A stretch of DNA of 45,507 nucleotides from Octopus sinensis (lineage: Eukaryota), in assembly GCF_006345805.1 (NCBI RefSeq), contig NW_021835057.1, positions 1-45,507 on the forward strand, read 5' to 3'. The notes beneath the pieces are model-generated. The model was not told the DNA's origin, did not search any database, and worked only from the letters and a program-made list of their open reading frames with translations. Numbering within the stretch: the stretch's first letter is position 1; each line of letters starts with the position of its first letter. The position numbers and the translations under genes were made by a program. Below are positions 11,530 to 23,573 of this stretch, one piece after another.

Positions 11530-13030
11530 TGCCCAGGAAAAACCACTACAGATTTTCCTCCAGAGTTTTCTTGCGAATGGCAAGCTGCCAAGCAAACTTT
11601 AGAAGGGAATAATATGCCCAATCCATGAAGAAGGAAGCAGAGCAGGTGCCATAACTTATAGGCCTATCTCTCTGACTTCACACACAAGCAAAGTCATTCC
11701 TGGAAGAAAGTGACTTGCTGAGTGATAGCATGGTTTTCGACCAAGTAGGAGTTGCCTGACACAGCTCCTATAGCACAATGACTGGGTGCTGAAACAGTTA
11801 CTTAACAACTCAAATGTGGACGTAATATACTTTGCAAAAGCTTTTGATAAAGTTAATCATGATATGATATGCCACAAACTACGTGATCTTGGCAAAGGTG
11901 GAAAACTTGGAGAATGATTACATGACTTTCTGAAAGACAGAAGTCAGGCAGTGGTAGCCAGTGGTACCACCTCAACGGAACCACAAATAGTGAGTGGTGT
12001 TCCACAGGGCACTGTCTTAGGGCCACTGATTTTCATAGTGGCCCTCTCAGATATGCTCTCCACTGCCCTGATACCCTTGCTAGCTACGGAGACGACACGA
12101 AATTTTTGCAGAAAATGCAAAACCGTAGTGATGTTGCATGCCTGCAGCAGTAGCTGGATGCAATTTACAGATGGTCTGAGGACAATAATATGCAGTTTAA
12201 TGCTGGAAAATTTCAAGCCCTGCACTACCAGCACCCAAATTTGAACGGAAAACATACAGGGTATACTGGCCTAGTGGGGAATTACAATCACGTGTGTGAT
12301 CTGGGTATCGACATGAGTGATAATACCTCTTTCCAAGTGCACTTTAACAAGATGACGACAAAGTGCAGATGGCTGGATGGATGGATCCTGTGAACCTTCA
12401 GAGCCAGGGACAAAGAAACCATGATGGTCCGCTGGAGGACATTTATCCTCAGCTGCCTGGACTACTGCTCCTAACAACGGTCACCCCACAGTGTAAAATT
12501 AACAGTGGACCTTGAAGCAATCCAGCGAAGCTACTAAAAGAATATCATCTCATTGCAACAGCTCAACTACTGGGGAAGGCTGAAACAGGTAAGACTTTAC
12601 TCCCTAGAGTGAAGGTGGGGAAGATATGCAGTGATATACATCTGGAAGATCCTGGAAGGGAATGTACCAAATTTTGGCTTTGAAAGCTACACAAACGCCA
12701 GAACGGGTCACCACTGCACAGAGCCAAAGATTCCAACACTGCTTTCACATTTCAGGACCAGTTATTACTGCAACAGCCTGGGTTTTAAATGCCCAAAGCT
12801 TTTTAATATTCTCCCAAAAAGCATGAGGGACCTACACAAAGTGGATGTGTTTTCAAAAGAAAACTGGACCTCTCCCTGTTGAGAATCCTGGATGAACCTC
12901 CCTTCTGGCAGGAGGCACAAATAAGGGCAATGACATCAAACTCCCTTATTCACCAAATGCCACATATCAGAGGAAGTTCTCAATAATGACAGTGTGCCCC
13001 AGCATGGCCACAGCTTTAAGTAGTAAAAGA
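11530..13030 (+). mobile_element. Decayed CR1-type LINE 3' portion
   Basis: ORF fragments SGVPQGTVLGPLIFIV, MQFNAGKFQAL, RDLGIDMS-like and IYIWKILEG; many frameshifts. Confidence 0.8.
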
Positions 13031-13086
13031 TAAAATATTATATATATATATATGACAAGATTTAAGACGAGAAAATTTTTCTTTAC

Positions 13087-13193
13087 CTTGAATCAGAAGT
13101 TTTCAGTTGGATAAGTTTGAGTTTTAAGATTTTCAGCTGAGTAAGGTTGTTCGGAGTTTTAAAATTTGAGATATCAATCTTCAAGTCCTCTCA
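13087..13193 (-). other. Candidate 5'UTR exon of the ankyrin gene
   Basis: Acceptor ATTTTATTCATACCAG and donor AAG|GTAAAG bracket 107 nt of non-repeat sequence with stops in all three frames. Splicing to 8425 gives AAGACATGG, a good start context. Confidence 0.4.
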
Positions 13194-13592
13194 CTGGTAT
13201 GAATAAAATGATCTTAGATTCATAAATTTATATAATTGTAGTAAAAGGAAGTAAGTCGTCTCAGCCAATAAGGCTATTCATTGTGTTTTTCGTGGAATTT
13301 TATTTATATATACATTCTATCTTCTTTTATTACATTCACTCAATTTCATGCTACTCTAACTGACCTGAATTTCTGTGACCTTGGATGTTGTTTACAACTT
13401 ATCCTAACACAGTCTAATTCAATTCATTTAGTACACACATACACACTCACACCTACGTATGGAGATTATATGAAGCCCATTTAAACCTTTTTTATTTCAT
13501 AACAAATAAAAGCTTGACAACTTGTTAAAATTTTTATCATTGGTTTTATTGGGCAACACCTATATGGAAACATGATCATACACACACACACA

Positions 13593-13658
<66 letters not shown>

Positions 13659-13664
13659 TTGTAA

Positions 13665-13944
13665 ACATGAGTGGCCTAGTGATTACGTTATGGCATTCCC
13701 GATCTTGTGTTCATGATTTCGAATCCCAGAGGGTGGTGCTTAGAAGTCCTCAGATGAATACCTCATTTCACATTGTTCCCGTCAACTGAGCTGTAAATAA
13801 ATAACCCTGTGATCGACTGGTGCCCTGTTTCAGGAGAATATCATGATCTGTGTCGCTTATACACCTTAGTCCTCAGAATAACGTGAAGAATTGCAGTGTG
13901 ACCAGCAGGGCACAGCAATGGATGATCATCTGGACACTACAGTG

Positions 13945-13945
<1 letters not shown>
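13665..13945 (+). mobile_element. Degenerate tRNA-derived SINE
   Basis: A-box-like TGGCCTAGTGA at 13672, B-box-like GATTTCGAATCC at 13715, and CORE-like ACCTCATTTCACATTG...GAGCTGTAAAT. Confidence 0.6.
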
Positions 13946-14005
<60 letters not shown>

Positions 14006-14179
14006 TGTGACTGTATAAAATAGGTACAAGCGTGGCTGTGCAGTTAAGAGATTTCCTACTGCTATAGCAAAGGTTCCTGCATCAATTTTGTATGTTTTAC
14101 TGTTAGTGTTAGTACAGTATTCTTTCTCAGTTATTTAACCATGATGCATTGAGGTTGAAATCCCTCTTTTCATTCCAAA

Positions 14180-15025
14180 TTTTCCCCAGAATGATTGTAG
14201 AGCTTCTCGGGAGGGAACTTTCTTAATGGTAATGTTTTCCTTCCTTGTCTCTCTCTATAATGCTTGTGGGTTGGAAGCAAACTCACGATTGATATTGGCT
14301 TGTTCAAAAATTTGCATGTGATAGCAAAGTTTCTCGCTTGTCGTCCTGAGTTCATGTTTTAAAGATTTTTGAGAAGCCTAATTTCTGAAGATTGGTATTT
14401 AGGCAGTATGTTCCATATCCACATGGCCCCAATAACTACAGGTATAAGCCTGAACTTGTAATCTGGATAGATTAACTGCAGATTTCTCAATAGTTCAATG
14501 TAGGTATTCTCTTTTTCACTCATCTTCAGATTTATGTTAACATCTGTTGGGCAGCTAATTTCCACAACTCTACACAGTTTCTCTCCTCTATCCCAAATCA
14601 TTATATCAAGTCTTTTGTGCTTACATCTTACTGAGGTCTTCACTGGGATATTCCGCCAGTGGCTATGGTTTCTACTGTAATGTGGGTTCTTATTTCTCTG
14701 TCTGCAGGGTTATCCTTCTGACAGATTTCATTATAGAGTGTCCTTGCTACAACATCATGTCTCATTGGTAGAGAACCGTGATGACATTTTTGGACAATGA
14801 CGTGTGATGTGGCTGATATCGTCAGTGTTAATTCCACAAAGTAGGTGTCGGTTGCCATATTTTACTGCTTCTCCTGCATCTCTACCCCTTTTGCGCATCA
14901 GGTTGATATTTCCTGTTCCTGGATTGCAAACACATACCCTTCAAAGTGGGAGGTAGTTACCTGGCTATTGGTCCATGATAGACTGCTTTGATGATCAATG
15001 TTACTATCATCTCTGAGCTTTTTAC
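14180..15025 (-). mobile_element. R4/Dong-type non-LTR retrotransposon 3' fragment (CCHC knuckle remnant plus restriction-like endonuclease)
   Basis: Minus-strand TSHFEGYVFAIQEQEI, RHDVVARTLYNEI and RLDIMIWDRGEKLCRVVEISCPTDVNI...EKENTY...IPVVIGA match the R2/R4 PD-(D/E)xK RLE domain; frameshifted. Confidence 0.8.
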
Positions 15026-15058
15026 TAACATACTATGTACATATGTGTGTACTATGTA

Positions 15059-15133
<75 letters not shown>

Positions 15134-15140
15134 ATATATA

Positions 15141-15435
15141 TGTGGAGGTGCAATGGCCTAGTGGTTAGGGCAGCGGACTCGCGGTCGCAGGATCGCGGTT
15201 TAGATTCCCAGACCGGGCGTTGTGTGTGTTTATTGAGTGAAAACATCTAAAAGCTCCACGAGGCTCCGGCAGGGGGTGGTGATCCCTGCTGTACTCTTTC
15301 ACCACTCTTTCTCCCACTCTTTCTTCTGTTGGCCTGCTTGCTTAGAAAGCGGGGTGGCGTCATTCGAAGGCTAAAACAATGCGAACGCATTGTGACCAGC
15401 GATGTGTAACAACATCTGATGGTCTGGTCGGTCAC
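15141..15435 (+). mobile_element. tRNA-derived SINE (Arg-like head)
   Basis: A box TGGCCTAGTGG at 15154-15164 and B-box-like GGTTTAGATTCC at 15197-15208. CpG-rich body; 3' tail CATTGTGACCAGCGATGTGTAACAACATCTGATGGTCTGG; inserted in (TA)n. Confidence 0.8.
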
Positions 15436-16790
15436 GTGATATATATATGTGTGTGTGTGTGTGTGTGCGTGTGTATATATATGTGTATATATATATATGT
15501 ATATATACACACACACATATATCGGGTCACCCCATAAATAATGGAGTTTTTTTATGCTTCTTTTATTTTCCAAAATTACGATAAGCAAAGTTGTATTTTA
15601 ATCTAAAATATACCCTCCTTCATTTTCTACAATGCTCTTCCATCTATCTAATCTAAGGGGAATATCACTGTAAGACTACCTTTCTCTTTATAAATGTCCC
15701 AAAAATGTCACACTGCCTTGGCTTTGTTGTCTCACTTTATTCAACATATACATACTCACACACGACCCGCGTTGGACCCCCTCGCTCATACTATTATTGA
15801 ACCGGGAGTCTAACAGTGGTCCTCCTGTAGCACCTACATAGCCTTACCTGCCATTTAGGTCTTCTGGATACCAAGACCTCTCAAATTGTGTGTGTGTATA
15901 TGAATGTATGCATGTATATAGAGATAGATTACACTGGTGGATTTGTGGAACGGGTAAATTGCTGCTCAAGGTGACTCTTTCGATGTAGATGGGTAAGTTA
16001 TTTTTTATTAAAAATAACTAATTGGTGAACCTTTTAACTCCACCTCGTGGATACGATCTGGATGACCATATATTATTTTGTCCATGGCCACAATGGTGCC
16101 TCCAAGTAATCCATTTGGTACTTGTGAGACAGCTGGAAGCATCTGAGCAGATATGCAAGGCTTTTGCACCCTCTCTTCTAACGGCCCTTGCATTCATTTA
16201 AAAGACCTTTCGTTGCTTTAAGATGTGGAGCATTTTTAAGAAGGCTTCCAGATGTCTGAAGAACACTGACTACCCCACCTACTCTGAAGTATAAAGGAAC
16301 GGTCCCTTGAACGAATGGCTTACGCCACTGGTCATGTCCAGCACTACCAACGTATCTACTATGATCATTGCCAGAGCAGCTGATTGGCTTCTGTGCAGGT
16401 GGCACTTAAAATTCACCATTTCGAGTGTGGCCATTGCCAGTACCGCCTGACTGGCCCTCGTGCCAGTCGTACGTAAAAGCACCCACTACACTCTCAGAGT
16501 TGTTGCGTTGTTATATCGCTCTATGCTTTATCGCCCCACCCTCTGTCTCGCTCTCCCTCCCCTCTCTCTCTCTTAGTCTCTCCCTCACATTTTCATAGTT
16601 AAGTCACGTTGTCGCTTTACATAGAAAGTTAAATATTTAGAGGAGAAACAGATTAGATTTCTATTGAATAATGAATATGGCTTGAATTCATAAGATTTTT
16701 TCAACCACGCCCTAGCTGGAGCCTTTTAGATCATAAAACATATATATATATACTCATACACCCCAAATCACATATATATGTGCGTATATA

Positions 16791-18047
16791 TCATCATCAC
16801 CATCATCATCATCGTTTAATGTCCGCTTTCCATGCTAGGGTCTAGGAAGCCAGGAGGCTGCACCAGGCCCAGTCTGGTCCGGCAGTGTTTCTACAGCTGG
16901 ATGCCCTTCCTTATGCCGACCACTCTGTGAGTGTAGTGGGTGCTTTTTACGTGCCACCGACACAGGTGCCAAACAAGGCTGGCAAACGGCCACGCTCGGA
17001 TGGTGCTTTTTACGTGCCACCAGCAAGGAGGCCAGTCAGGGCGGCGCTGGCTATGGTCACGTTCGGATGGTACTCTTACGTGCCACCGGCACTGGTATCA
17101 CAGCTACAAATTCCATTGATGTTGATTGATTTCGATTTTGATTTTCAGTTGCTTCAACAGGTCTTCACAAGTTGAGTTTTGTGTCCCAAGAGGTAGAGGC
17201 CACGGGTTATGGCCTCACTTGTCCTGCCGGGTCTTCTCACGCACAGCATACTTCCAAAGGTCTCGGTCTCTGATCATTTCCTCGGTGAGACCTAAAGATT
17301 GAAGGTTGTGCTTCACCACCTCGTCCCAGGTTTTCCTGGGTCTACCTCTTCCACAGGTTCCCTCAACCGCCAGGGTGTGGCACTTTTTCACACAACTATC
17401 TTCACCCATTCTTGACACATGACCATACCAGTGCAAACGCCTCTCTTGCACACCACAACTGATGCTTCTTAGGTCCAACTTTTCTCTCAAGGTACTTACA
17501 CTCTGTCGGGTATGAACACTGACATTACACATCCATTGGAGCATACTGGCTGCATTTCTTGCGAGCTTACGCATATCCTCAGCAGTCACGGCCTAAGTTT
17601 CACTGCCATGTAGCATGGCTGTTTGTACACATGCGTCAAACAGTCTGCCTTTTACTCTGAGCGAGAGGCCCTTTATCGCCAGCAGAGGTAAGAGCACTCT
17701 GAACTTTGCCCAGGCTATTCTTACTCTAGCAGTTACACTTTCAGCACACCCGCCCCTGCTACTGACTTGGTCACCTAGGTAACGGAAGCTATCAACTACT
17801 TCTAGTTTTTCTCCCTGGAATGTGATGGAAGATAGTCTCTACGCATTTTCAGTGTTTATTGCTCCTGAGCATCTGCCGCATACTAAAACTATCTTCCTAG
17901 TTAGCCTTCCTTTGACATTGCTGCACCTCTTATGTGTCCATAGCTTACACTTGGTGCATCTTATAGAGTTTCTACCTTCGCCTTTTCTACATATCGAGCA
18001 GGGCCATCTACCTGAAGGCGTTTGTGATTGTCTACCTTCCTACTTAT
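16791..18047 (-). mobile_element. RTE LINE, PHD-in-RT family, 5'-truncated copy
   Basis: Begins with (CAT)n, the minus-strand (GAT)n tail. ORF 17215-17589 matches the C-terminus of 272-1891. The PHD segment is at 17869-18000. Confidence 0.92.
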
Positions 18048-18188
18048 ATATATATATATATATATATATTTGTGTGTGTGTGTATATATATATATATATG
18101 TGTGTGTGTGTTGTATGTATATGTATACAAATATTTCATATATATATTGTGTATACATTCTATTTATATAATATTATATAATATATAT

Positions 18189-18232
<44 letters not shown>

Positions 18233-18234
<2 letters not shown>

Positions 18235-20543
18235 TCTATAGGTATATGTATAAGCAGCAGGAGTTGGACTCCATTTACAGATTGGCTGAGGATAATAATA
18301 TGCAGTTTAATGCTGAAAAATTCCAAGCACTGCGCCACCAGTATCAAAACCTAACTTACAGGGTACACCGGTCCACAGGGAATTTCAATCCCAGAGCCTA
18401 AGTCAGTGAGGGACCTGGGTATCGACATGAGTGATGATACCTCTTTCGAAGTGCACATTAGCAGGATGGCGACAAAGTGCAGAAGACTGGCTGGATGGAT
18501 CGTAAGAACATTCCGAACCAGAGATAAGGAAACCATGATGGTCCACTGGCAGACATTCGTCCTCAACCACCTGGATTAGGGCTCACAGCAATGGTCACCT
18601 TCCAGTGTGAAATTAACAGCGGACTTTGAAGCAATCGAGAGAAGATTCACAAAGAAGATCGTCTCTTTGCAACAGCTCAGCTACTGGGAAAGGTTGAAAC
18701 AGTTAAGACTCTACTCCCTGGAGAGAAGACGGGAGAGGTATGCAGTAATATATATCTGGAAGATCCTGCCCAGAAGGCTGCACCAGGCTCCTATCTGATC
18801 AGGTAGGGTTACTACCGCTGGATGCCCTCCTAACATCTACCACTCCAAGAGTGTAATGGGTGCTTGTACGTGCCACCAGCACGGAGGCCAGTCATGTGGT
18901 ACTGCCAATAGCCACACTCAAATGGTGTTTTTTATATGGCACCTGAACAGGAGCCAGTACCGTGGCACTGGCAACGTTCATGCTTGGATGGTGCTTTTAG
19001 TATTCAACTGGCGTGGTTACAGTCAGGCGGTGCTATCATCGGTCATCTCAACGAATTCGATTTCCCTTGCCTCAACAGGTCCTCACAAGCGAAGTTTAGT
19101 GTCCAATGAGAGACATGTACGGATATATACATATACACACACACAGTTTATATCCATTTAAAAGGAAAAAAGAAGACGGGTCCATATATAACATCAAAAG
19201 GAGCAGCTTTTTTTCTCTGATGAAATTATACTCTTGTCACATAAATGTAATATTAATTTACAAATTTCTAATTAATTTATTGAAACAATTGTAAGCAGCG
19301 AAGATGACCACTTTGTAGCAATAAACAATTATCAACTTCCTTATCTCCATTTTCTTTTCTGTTTTGAAATGGATATAAACTATATTCTCAATAGATACCT
19401 ATTGTTTTAAGGTATTTCATAGCCCCAAAATACTAGGTATTCAACCAGTGTTTCCTTAAATGCAACCATCCCTTCACAAGGTTAACATATCCCCTAATTA
19501 TATACTTATATTCAATTTATATATATATGTATATATGAGTATATGCATGTATGTATAGACAGATAGATGAATTGATGGATAGGTGTGAGTGTATACATAT
19601 TTCGGTCTTACCTATTCTTTCTAAATACATACATCCACATACATTCATACATGCGTGTTTCTAAATTGACGCAAAAGGTTGACCTAAGATTTGAATAGGG
19701 ATAAGAAATTTAATGACAATAAATTGAGCTATTTTAGGATTTCTTTAGAATTGTTAAAGAAAAGAAATAGTGACTCACCAGGTGAATGAGTGTTTCATTG
19801 TGTAAGATATAGCAGGTACGCAGATAGCTATGTATATGTACATATATGCATATAAATACGTGTGTATGAATGTATGTGGGTGTATATGTACAGTTGTATT
19901 TGTATTTAAGTATGTTGATGTTTATGTTTGCACAAATATGTGTGTGTGTGTGTATACGTGTATTTGGATTTATACGTGTATGTATGATTGTTTGTAGTTA
20001 CGTATATACGTAAACATGAATTGTTCGTGTATGAATATATGTATTTATGTATATATGGTGATGATGACGATGGCTATCCACTCATGAGTAAAAAAGGCCA
20101 TCACTGACCATCTACCATGCGAAATGTCTGCAAGGAGTTCTAAGTAGTATTGTGTTCATGGTCAGCTTTATTCGGATTCGCAGCTGTGGCCTTCATGCAT
20201 GCCGCAGGGCCCTCCTAATTGACCAAGTATCGTAATGACTCTTATCTAGCGATCGTACAACCGAGAATATTAAATCCTCACTGATCCTTTGCACCTGTTG
20301 ACATGATCCAGAGACAAGCCAGGACAAGCTATCAAGTGCCAATGTGAGGGCACTATGATCCCATGTGCAAGAAAACACTCCCCATAATTGAGGTGTCTTT
20401 CACACACACACACACACACATTTATCACCATACATGCACATATTATGGATGTATACACACATACCTCATCATTTTAAACACGTATAGACACCTTCTTTGG
20501 GGGAAGCAGTGGGAAGGTATGGTGTTTTGAGTAGTATAGTTTG
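18233..20543. repeat. 2.3-kb duplicated cassette, copy I (CR1 fragment + RTE 3'UTR fragment + ~700 bp non-TE core + old RTE-like tail)
   Basis: Starts AGTCTATAGGTATATGTATAAGCAGCAGGAG; the same sequence recurs at 20682, 27151 and 39282. Confidence 0.9.
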
Positions 20544-20604
20544 TATATATATATATATATTATATATATACTACATACATATATTATAATATAGTATATA
20601 TATA

Positions 20605-20636
<32 letters not shown>

Positions 20637-20681
20637 ACATACATAATATATATATATATATAATATATATATATATATATA

Positions 20682-23003
20682 AGTCTATAGGTATATGTAT
20701 AAGCCAGCAGGAGTTGGACTCCATTTACAGATTGGCTGAGGATAATAATATGCAGTTTAATGCTGACAAATTCCAAGCACTGCGCCACCAGATCAAAACC
20801 TAACTTACAGGGTACACCGGCCACAGGGAATTTCAATCCCAGAGCCTAAGTCAGTGAGGGACCTGGGTATCGACATGAGTGATGATACCTCTTTCGAAGT
20901 GCACATTAGCAGGATGGCGACAAAGTGCAGAAGACTGGCTGGATGGATCGTAAGAACATTCGAACCAGAGATAAGGAAACCATGATGGTCCACGGGCAGA
21001 CATTCGTCCTCAACCACCTGGATTAGGGCTCACAGCAATGGTCACCTTCCAGTGTGAAATTAACAGCGGACTTTGAAGCAATCGAGAGAGATTCACAAAG
21101 AAGATCGTCTCTTGGCAACAGCTCAGCTACTGGGAAAGGTTGAAAACAGTTAAGACTCTACTCCCTGGAGAGAAGACGGGAGAGGTATGCAGTAATATAT
21201 ATCTGGAAGATCCTGCCCAGAAGGCTGCACCAGGCTCCTATCTGATCAGGTAGGGTTACTACCGCTGGATGCCTCCTAACATCTACCACTCCAAGAGTGT
21301 AATGGGTGCTTGTACGTGCCACCAGCACGGAGGCCAGTCATGTGGTACTGCCAATAGCCACACTCAAATGGGTTGTTTTTTATATGGCACCTGAACAGGA
21401 GCCAGTACCGTGGCACTGGCAACGTTCATGCTTGGATGGTGCTTTTAGTATTCAACTGCGTGCCGTGGTTACAGTCAGGCGGTGTGCTATCATCGGTCAT
21501 CTCAACGAATCGATTTCCCTGCCTCAACAGGTCCTCACAAGCGAAGTTTAGTGTCCAATGAGAGACATGTACGGATTATATACATATACACACACACAGT
21601 TTATATCCATTTAAAAGGAAAAAAGAAGACGGGTCCATATATAACATCAAAAGGAGCAGCTTTTTTTCTCTGATGAAATTATACTCTTGTCACATAAATG
21701 TAATATTAATTTACAAATTTCTAATTAATTTATTGAAACAATTGTAAGCAGCGAAGATGACCACTTTGTAAGCAATAAACAATTATCAACTTCCTTATCT
21801 CCATTTTCTTTTCTGTTTTGAAATGGATATAAACTATATTCTCAATAGATACCTATTGTTTTAAGGGTATTTCATAGCCCCAAAATACTAGGTATTCAAC
21901 CAGTGTTTCCTTAAATGCAACCATCCCTTCACAAGGTTAACATATCCCCTAATTATATACTTATATTCAATTTATATATATATGTATATATGAGTATATG
22001 CATGTATGTATAGACAGATAGATGAATTGATGGATAGGTGTGAGTGTATACATATTTCGGTCTTACCTATTCTTTCTAAATACATACACCCACATACATT
22101 CATACATGCGTGTTTCTAAATTGACGCAAAAGGTTGACCTAAGATTTGAATAGGGATAAGAAATTTAATGACAATAAATTGAGATATTTTAGAATTTCTT
22201 TAGAATTGTTAAAGAAAAGAAATAGTGACTCACCAGGTGAATGAGTGTTTCATTGTGTAAGAAATAGCAGGTACGCAGATAGCTATGTATATGTACATAT
22301 ATGGATATAAATACGTGTGTATGAATGTATGTGGGTGTATGTGTACAGTTGTATTTGTATTTAAGTATGTTGATGTTTATGTTTGCACAAATATGTGTGT
22401 GTGTGTGTATACGTGTATTTGGATTTATACGTGTATGTATGATTGTTTGTAGTTATGTATATACGTAAACATGAATTGTTCGTGTATGAATATATGTATT
22501 TATGTATATATGGTGATGATGACGATGGCTATCCACTCATGAGTAAAAAAGGCCATCACTGACCATCTACCATGCGAAATGTCTGCAAGGACAGTTCTAA
22601 GTAGTATTGTGTTCATGGTCAGCTTTATTCGGATTCGCAGCTGTGGCCTTCATGCATGCCGCAGGGCCCTCCTAATTGACCAAGTATCGTAAATGACTCT
22701 TATCTAGCGATCGTACAACCGAGAATATTAAATCCTCACTGATCCTTGCACCCTGTTGACATGATCCAGAGACAAGCCAGGACAAGCTATCAAGTGCCAA
22801 TGTGAGGGCACTAGATCCCATGTGCAAGGAAAACACTCCCCATAAATTGAGGTGTCTTTCACACACACACCACACACACAATTATATACCACATACATGC
22901 ACATATTATGGATGTATACACACATACCTCATCATTTTAAACACGTATAGACACCTTTTTGGGGAAGCAGTGGGAAGGTATGGGTTGAGAGTAGTATAGT
23001 TTG
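20682..23003. repeat. Cassette copy I' (near-identical tandem copy)
   Basis: Colinear with copy I; differences are mostly 1-bp indels. Confidence 0.9.
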
Positions 23004-23034
23004 TATATATATATATATTATATATATACATACA

Positions 23035-23099
<65 letters not shown>

Positions 23100-23329
23100 C
23101 ATACATATATATATATATATAATATATATATATATATATTAAATGATAATATATTTATAAATATATGTATGTATATGTAGATATATATATAAAAATGTAT
23201 ATATATATGTGGGTGTGTATATGTATATATACATATATATATACATATATATGTATATGTGTATATGTATATATGTATATACATGTATATATGTATGTAT
23301 ATGTGTATATGTATGTATATGTGTGTATG

Positions 23330-23541
23330 TCATCATCATGGTTTAGCGTCCGTTTTCCATGCTAGCATGGGTTGGACGGTTCAACTGGGGTCTGTTAAGC
23401 TGGAAGGCTTCATCAGGCCCAGTCAGATCTGGCAGTGTTTCTACGGCTGGATGCCCTTCCTAACGCCAACCACTCCGTGAGTGTAGTGGGTGCTTTTTAC
23501 GTGCCACCCGCACAGGTGCCAGACAGAGCTGGCAAACGGCC
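23330..23541 (-). mobile_element. Short 5'-truncated RTE 3'-end copy (PHD family)
   Basis: CATCATCAT tail followed by the reverse complement of the 3'UTR seen at 44800-45013. Confidence 0.85.
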
Positions 23542-23542
23542 A

Positions 23543-23570
<28 letters not shown>

Positions 23571-23573
<3 letters not shown>

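Noticed and set aside
15151-15215. tRNA-like sequence with A and B boxes (also 9227, 13665, 5171)
   Set aside because: No complete cloverleaf or acceptor stem; each continues into a SINE body.
15900-16400. ORFs 16008-16193, 16178-16405 and 16279-16482 as host exons
   Set aside because: No domain match or convincing splice sites; the region merges into RTE 3'UTR sequence and is probably decayed LINE.
20065-20400. ORFs 20193-20378, 22672-22881 and 29269-29526 as a repeated novel gene
   Set aside because: Frames differ among copies. The minus-strand end (GAGTGGATAGCCATCGTCATCATC) resembles an RTE 3' terminus, so this is most likely an old LINE tail.
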